From: Cyanophyceae cyanobacterium
GTDB lineage: Bacteria; Cyanobacteriota; Cyanobacteriia; Cyanobacteriales; JBHJGN01
NCBI GenBank assembly: GCA_050331735.1
Contig: JBHJGN010000016.1
Span: 32,001-96,000 of the forward strand
Length of the DNA: 64,000 bases
Direction of reading: 5' to 3'
This document shows positions 58,941-64,000 of the stretch, piece after piece. The first letter of the stretch is position 1. Every line of letters begins with the position of its first letter. The position numbers and the translations under genes are program-made. The notes under the pieces are model-generated. The model ran no database searches. It was not told the DNA's origin and saw only the letters and a list, made by a program, of their open reading frames with translations.

Positions 58941-59876
58941 CTAAAATGTGCTATTTACTCCTTCCTTCTCCCCAAGAATTCCTAAGTATTTTTGAATTAA
59001 GCCAATCGTGACTTCCGGCAGTTCGAGCTGAGGAGTTAAGCCAACATCCTCAATTTCTTGAAACAGGACTTTTGTATTCAGAGCCGCCAGCCTTTTACCA
59101 ATTTCAGGTCCGGTGAACTGAGATTTCTCTCCCCAAATTATGGCTGTTGGCGTGGTCAACTGCGCTATATATTTGGATAAATCGAAGCAGAGGTCGCCAC
59201 GGACAAAGGAAAGGGCGGCATATTCAGCGTTGGGTTGTTGAGCCGACTCTAGATAAGCACGCACGATTTCTGGATAAACCCGTTCAGGACGAGCAAACTG
59301 CCGCGATCGCAAAAAATTGAGAATGCCGTTTTCAGTGGCCACGCCAGCACTGTAGAAAAACTTATCTAGAATAGGGGTACTGACTAACTGAGCAAAGAAG
59401 CTCCGGGTGTAGTCTTCGCCAAAATCCGATAATCCGGCTGGCGCACTGAGAATGAGCCTCTGAAAAAGCTCCGGACGCAGAACCGCAGCTCGAATGGTGA
59501 GGGCCCCCGTCAGGGAGGAGGCGACAACGGCGGCGGGTCCGTCGCTTGCTTGTTCTAGGAATTCAATAATGGTGTTGATATAGTCGTCCGGCTGATAGTT
59601 GCGTTCTGGGTGTTCGGAGCGTCCCCAGCCGATTAAGTCGGGGGCAAGCACACGATAGTTAGAAGCAAACGCCGGATATACTTTAGACCACTCATAGGCC
59701 GAAGAACCGCCACCAAAGCCGTGTAAAAAAATCAGTATAGGGCGGCTTTGAATGCTCTCGTTCTGCCAAGGCGGTTGAGTCGGCGTATAGTAGCTCATCT
59801 TCCCCAAGGAAGTCAGCAGAGACTTTTGTTCAACACCAGGCGGGTTAATCATGGCTTTTAGGATTTCATCGCGCAA
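58941..59876 (-). CDS. Alpha/beta fold hydrolase
   Basis: FLHGFGGGSSAYEW, APDLIGWGRS, ASSLTG. Confidence 0.85.
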   Translation of the reverse strand: MRDEILKAMINPPGVEQKSLLTSLGKMSYYTPTQPPWQNESIQSRPILIFLHGFGGGSSAYEWSKVYPAFASNYRVLAPDLIGWGRSEHPERNYQPDDYINTIIEFLEQASDGPAAVVASSLTGALTIRAAVLRPELFQRLILSAPAGLSDFGEDYTRSFFAQLVSTPILDKFFYSAGVATENGILNFLRSRQFARPERVYPEIVRAYLESAQQPNAEYAALSFVRGDLCFDLSKYIAQLTTPTAIIWGEKSQFTGPEIGKRLAALNTKVLFQEIEDVGLTPQLELPEVTIGLIQKYLGILGEKEGVNSTF

Positions 59877-60064
59877 TCTATGTGTTTTAGTCTATCTGCT
59901 GTGAATGTTAGGACACGTCGATACAGAGAGATACTTTTGGCCCTAGAGGAGAACTTCCATGAGCGTCAAACGCCAGACTTGAATCAGTCAGCACTATGCA
60001 ACAATAGTAAGGTTGCCTAGTGAGAGTCTAGGCATTTGTGCTAATTAGCAGGGAGAACAAATGT

Positions 60065-60286
60065 ATGAAAATTGGCGATCGCGTCCGAGTCGTTAAATCT
60101 GTCGTCGTCTACCATCATCCTGAACACAAAAAAGAACCGCACGATATCAAAGGTTTAGAAGGAGAAGTGATTGACATTGTTACCCAATGGCAGGGAAGGC
60201 CAGTCAGCGCTAATCTGCCAATTTTGGTTCAGTTTAGTAAAAAATTTAAAGCTCATCTGCGCGAGGACGAGCTCGAGGTCGTTTGA
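60065..60286 (+). CDS. ftrV: Ferredoxin-thioredoxin reductase variable chain
   Basis: MKIGDRVRV..VYHHP..GLEGEV..WQGRPVSANLP..FKAHLREDELE. Confidence 0.93.
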   Translation: MKIGDRVRVVKSVVVYHHPEHKKEPHDIKGLEGEVIDIVTQWQGRPVSANLPILVQFSKKFKAHLREDELEVV

Positions 60287-60394
60287 TGGTTGCTAGCTGC
60301 TCAACCTGAATACAGGTCTCATCGCCGCCATCGCTGTTTACAATAAAAAAAGCATTTAAATTTTGTGTAGTCTCTCTAGACAAAAGCATAATCT

Positions 60395-61414
60395 ATGGCT
60401 CCTGCCGTTTTAATTGAAAATCTCCAAAAGCGCTACGGCTCCGTAGAAGCCGTTAAAGACATCTCCTTTAAAGTCCAGTCTGGAGAAGTGTTTGGCTTGC
60501 TGGGTCCGAATGGTGCTGGCAAGACCACCACGATTCGCTGCCTCTGCACCTTAGCCAAGCCTGATGCCGGAAAGCTTACAGTAGGCGGTGTATCGGTACT
60601 GGACAATCCCAGAGCAGCACGACGACGGCTCGGCTACGTGGCGCAAGAAGTGGCGCTGGATAAAGTCCTAACGGGGCGAGAGTTGCTGGCTTTGCAGGCG
60701 GCGCTGTACCACTTACCCAAAGCAGCAGCTCAAGAACGCATCGAGCAGCTACTAGAGTTATTAGGGCTAAGCGAATACGCCGACCAAAAAACCGGAACCT
60801 ACTCTGGGGGGCTGCGCAAGCGCCTCGATTTAGCGGCTGGTCTGCTGCATCAACCAGAAGTGCTCGTCTTAGATGAACCGACGGTCGGACTCGATATTGA
60901 AAGTCGCCGCGTCGTTTGGGATTTTCTGCGTCGGCTGCGGGAAGCGGGAACAACGGTGCTGATTACCAGCCACTACCTCGAAGAAATCGATGCCCTAGCC
61001 GATCGCTTGGCCATTATCGATCGGGGAGTGGTGATCGATGAAGGTACGCCAACCCAGCTCAAAGATCAGCTTGGGGGCGATCGCGTAACGCTGCGGATTC
61101 GGGAATTTTCTCCGACCGCAGAAGCTGAACTCGCTAAAGACCTCTTACAGTCTCTGCCCTTTGTTGAAGAAGTCATTGTTAATACCGCCCAAGGAAATTC
61201 CCTGAACTTGGTGGTCGCTCGTCAAAGTAATCCGCTCAGTAAGATTGAGCAGTCTTTAGAAACGGCTGGACTGCCGATTTTTAGCATGGCTCAGTCCCGT
61301 CCCAGTCTCGATGATGTATATCTAAAAGCAACCGGACGCACCATTATGGACGCAGAGGTGGCGGCAGCAGGAACCCGCGACCTCAAGGCAGAAAAGAAAC
61401 AGCAGATGAAATAA
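60395..61414 (+). CDS. ABC transporter ATP-binding protein (DrrA-like)
   Basis: GPNGAGKT, YSGG signature, LDEPTVGLD, TSHYLEE. Confidence 0.92.
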   Translation: MAPAVLIENLQKRYGSVEAVKDISFKVQSGEVFGLLGPNGAGKTTTIRCLCTLAKPDAGKLTVGGVSVLDNPRAARRRLGYVAQEVALDKVLTGRELLALQAALYHLPKAAAQERIEQLLELLGLSEYADQKTGTYSGGLRKRLDLAAGLLHQPEVLVLDEPTVGLDIESRRVVWDFLRRLREAGTTVLITSHYLEEIDALADRLAIIDRGVVIDEGTPTQLKDQLGGDRVTLRIREFSPTAEAELAKDLLQSLPFVEEVIVNTAQGNSLNLVVARQSNPLSKIEQSLETAGLPIFSMAQSRPSLDDVYLKATGRTIMDAEVAAAGTRDLKAEKKQQMK

Positions 61415-61462
61415 ATTCGGAATTCACTTTGAGCTAAATGAATTAAGTTTAGAGGAAATAGT

Positions 61463-62347
61463 ATGAGTCAAACGATTACACCCGATCAAGTCAGTTTGTC
61501 GCCGGGGGCAGTTGGACCGACCATTGAGCCGAACCGTCCGGTGAGCGATTTTGTGCAGGAAACCGGAGCGTTAACTAAGCGCCTGTTTATTCAGCTTCAG
61601 CGCCGTCCTTCAACGTTAATCGCTGGCGTGATTCAGCCTTTCATGTGGCTGGTCCTGTTTGGCGCTCTGTTTGACAACGCCCCCCAAGGGCTGTTTGGCA
61701 ACGAGCTGGGATACGCCAAATTTTTAGCGCCTGGAGTGATTGTCTTTACGGCCTTTTCTGGGGCGTTAAATGCCGGACTCCCCGTGATGTTCGATCGGGA
61801 ATTTGGGTTTTTAAATCGTCTGCTGGTGGCTCCTTTGGCCTCTCGCTTCTCGGTTGTGGCGGCTTCAACGATTTATATTATTAGCCTCAGCTTCATTCAA
61901 ACTGCCGTCATTGTAGCCGCTAGTGCCTGTTTAGGGGCAGGGTTGCCCAGCTTATCGGGGCTAGGAGCGATCGCCGTTATTGTCTTCCTCATTGTTCTGG
62001 GAGTGACGGCGCTAAGTCTGGGCTTGGCGTTTGCGCTTCCTGGACACATCGAGCTGATTGCCGTTATCTTTGTGACGAATCTGCCGTTGCTGTTTGCCAG
62101 TACGGCGCTAGCGCCGCTCTCGTTTATGGCAGGTTGGCTACAGGTTGTCGCCTCGTTTAATCCGTTGACCTACGCTATTGAGCCGATTCGCTACCTGTAT
62201 CTGCATGGCGACTGGGCCTTGAGCAGCACCGTGATGCAGGCTCCTTGGGGTTCAGTGAGCTTTGGGGGAGTGCTGCTAGTCTTGCTGGCTTTCGATGCGT
62301 TGGTGTTGCTGCTCATCCAGCCACTGCTACGTCGTCGATTTGCTTAA
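61463..62347 (+). CDS. ABC-2 permease (Ycf38-like)
   Basis: QLQRRPSTL, FDREFGFLNRLLVAP, NPLTYAIEPIR. Confidence 0.9.
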   Translation: MSQTITPDQVSLSPGAVGPTIEPNRPVSDFVQETGALTKRLFIQLQRRPSTLIAGVIQPFMWLVLFGALFDNAPQGLFGNELGYAKFLAPGVIVFTAFSGALNAGLPVMFDREFGFLNRLLVAPLASRFSVVAASTIYIISLSFIQTAVIVAASACLGAGLPSLSGLGAIAVIVFLIVLGVTALSLGLAFALPGHIELIAVIFVTNLPLLFASTALAPLSFMAGWLQVVASFNPLTYAIEPIRYLYLHGDWALSSTVMQAPWGSVSFGGVLLVLLAFDALVLLLIQPLLRRRFA

Positions 62348-62422
62348 ATTGTCGGCAGTAGCTCCGAGAATCTAGAATTGTCGTTAAGGTAAAGGTTTCT
62401 TGATATTGTTTACAGGGTTGGA

Positions 62423-62755
62423 GTGATGAATAGATTTTACTTAACTGCCTTAAGGGGCATTGGAATGATTAGTTTCGTCGGCCTGGCGATCGCGTTGGGT
62501 TTAGAACCAGTACTGGCTCAAACCTTTCCCAATTCGGACAGTACGGAAGTCCAAAGAAATGAGTATGACCCGAACAGCAATAGCTCCCTCGGTACGTTAA
62601 ACCCAACGGATCTAATCCACCGGGCTAACTTAAGCAGAAGCCGCAATCTGCAAGAGTTCAGTGAAGACTCTCAGATAAATCTTGGCAATGCAGCCGAGGA
62701 GTATAAGCGTCTCCAGCAAGAACGCCTCCAGCAGACGACAACGCCAGACAACTAA
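62423..62755 (+). CDS. Hypothetical exported protein
   Basis: Signal peptide ending VLA-Q; DLIHRANL motif. Confidence 0.65.
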   Translation: MMNRFYLTALRGIGMISFVGLAIALGLEPVLAQTFPNSDSTEVQRNEYDPNSNSSLGTLNPTDLIHRANLSRSRNLQEFSEDSQINLGNAAEEYKRLQQERLQQTTTPDN

Positions 62756-62808
62756 ATCTTGACTGAGGCAAAGGGAATTTTGTTGTCCTTTGCCTCGGGG
62801 GAAAGAAA

Positions 62809-63243
62809 CTAACCGAGCTTGGCTAGAATGTCTTGAGCGTGGGTGCTGGTGTTGACCTGAGCATCCACCGAACTAATTTTCCCGTCGGTATCGATCACGT
62901 AGGTAACGCGCTTAGAGTAACCCGGTCCCTCGACATCGTAGGCTTTGGTAATCGCGCCGTCGCTATCGACTAAGAGGGGAAACGGTAAACCGTACTTCTC
63001 TTTAAACTGCTGGTGAGAAGCTTGGTCATCCATGCTGACCCCGAGAACAATAACGTCTTTATCCTCATACATTTTGTAGTTGTCTCGAAAGCCCTGAGCC
63101 TCTTTGGTACAGCCCGGGGTGTCGTCTTTTGGATAGAAGTAGAGCACGACAACCTTGCCCTTGAAGTCAGAGAGGGAGACAGTTTTGCCTGTGTCATCTA
63201 CAGTTGTAAAATCAGGAGCCATTGTCCCTGTTGCCAAAGCCAT
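62809..63243 (-). CDS. bcp: Peroxiredoxin, BCP/PrxQ family (single Cys)
   Basis: APDF, LYFYPKDDTPGCTKEA, LGVSMD, KRVTYVI; ATG at 63243. Confidence 0.9.
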   Translation of the reverse strand: MALATGTMAPDFTTVDDTGKTVSLSDFKGKVVVLYFYPKDDTPGCTKEAQGFRDNYKMYEDKDVIVLGVSMDDQASHQQFKEKYGLPFPLLVDSDGAITKAYDVEGPGYSKRVTYVIDTDGKISSVDAQVNTSTHAQDILAKLG

Positions 63244-63340
63244 AGCGAGTTCATCTTGATTGTCAGTACACATTTAAAGATACCTGTTAAAGCCGTTATT
63301 TGCTTTTCCATTCGTCAAATTTAGTTGTAGTTCAGCGTTC

Positions 63341-63733
63341 ATGTCTTCAGCGAAGCAGTCTATCAGCTATTCTCCCGCCACGCTCTCCAGAGCCAAGCGA
63401 GCCCTTGGCTGTGCTCCATTCCGCCTGGGTCTGTTTGTCGCTATGCGCAACGAGAGTGTTCCCCTTCAAGAGATCGCAGCGGAATCACGGATGGGTCAGT
63501 ATACGCGATTGACTCTTTCAGAAGGACAAATTGAGCGAGAATTAGGGTGGCTGATCAAAGTAGGGGTGCTTCGGCGTGAAGTAGATGGGCAGGGAATTAC
63601 CGATAGCTTCCGGCTCACCCCTCTAGGCAGAAAATTAGTGGAAACTTGGGAACCTCAAGGAGAAATTCCCCCTCCTTCACGACAGGAGCGCTTCAGGAAT
63701 CTCTGGAATCGCTGGTTGAGAGGGCTACCCTAG
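63341..63733 (+). CDS. Conserved cyanobacterial winged-helix-like protein (Npun_F0494 type)
   Basis: WLIKVGVLRREVDGQGITDSFRLTPLGR. Confidence 0.75.
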   Translation: MSSAKQSISYSPATLSRAKRALGCAPFRLGLFVAMRNESVPLQEIAAESRMGQYTRLTLSEGQIERELGWLIKVGVLRREVDGQGITDSFRLTPLGRKLVETWEPQGEIPPPSRQERFRNLWNRWLRGLP

Positions 63734-63782
63734 AGCGCTGCTAAGGGCTATAACAGAGAAAGGTTCAAGCCGGGATTGATTT

Positions 63783-64000
63783 ATGAAAGCAATTATGGTA
63801 GTTGGGACCACTTCCCATGCAGGCAAATCTTTTCTGACCACTGCCCTCTGCCGAATGCTCACGCGACGAGGCTGGCGCGTCGCTCCATTTAAAGGTCAAA
63901 ACATGGCTCTGAATGCCTACGTAACGGTGACAGGAGGAGAGATTGGTCATGCCCAGGCAGTGCAGGCGTGGGCTGCCAAAACAACTCCTCGGGTAGAAAT
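63783..64000 (+). CDS. cobQ: Cobyric acid synthase, N-terminal part; runs off the window
   Basis: Manual translation: [54 protein letters not shown]. Confidence 0.93.
   Translation, partial: MKAIMVVGTTSHAGKSFLTTALCRMLTRRGWRVAPFKGQNMALNAYVTVTGGEIGHAQAVQAWAAKTTPRVE

Noticed and set aside
63765..63950. 61-aa minus-strand ORF
   Set aside because: Antisense shadow of the cobQ 5' end

Overview
This is a 64-kb stretch of a cyanobacterial chromosome: the HIP1 octamer GCGATCGC occurs throughout, and psaF/psaJ, chlM, ftrV and glgC are present. Most genes are housekeeping (pepP, murT, panB, polA, trmFO, carB, tsaD, cobI, cobQ), alongside four large secreted repeat proteins. Five features stand out. 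(1) A compact minus-strand cluster at 38240-45502 runs membrane PAS-PAS histidine kinase > KaiA3-like REC/KaiA chimera > KaiB3 > KaiC3 > hybrid histidine kinase, which looks like a self-contained input-oscillator-output module. (2) A complete IS605-type element (tnpA/tnpB) sits about 30 bp upstream of polA; its ends, guide/cleavage tetranucleotides (predicted TAM CCAC) and guide can be read from the sequence, and a QLSLF tail lies in frame behind the tnpB stop. (3) An unassigned, highly structured RNA-like element of about 145 nt follows trmFO. (4) Tiny 21-45 nt hairpin elements are inserted in frame in genes and nested in intergenic repeats. (5) A membrane protein carries tandem MshEN-like motifs. 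No rRNA, tRNA or CRISPR array was seen. All family assignments come from motif recognition by eye; no database searches were run.
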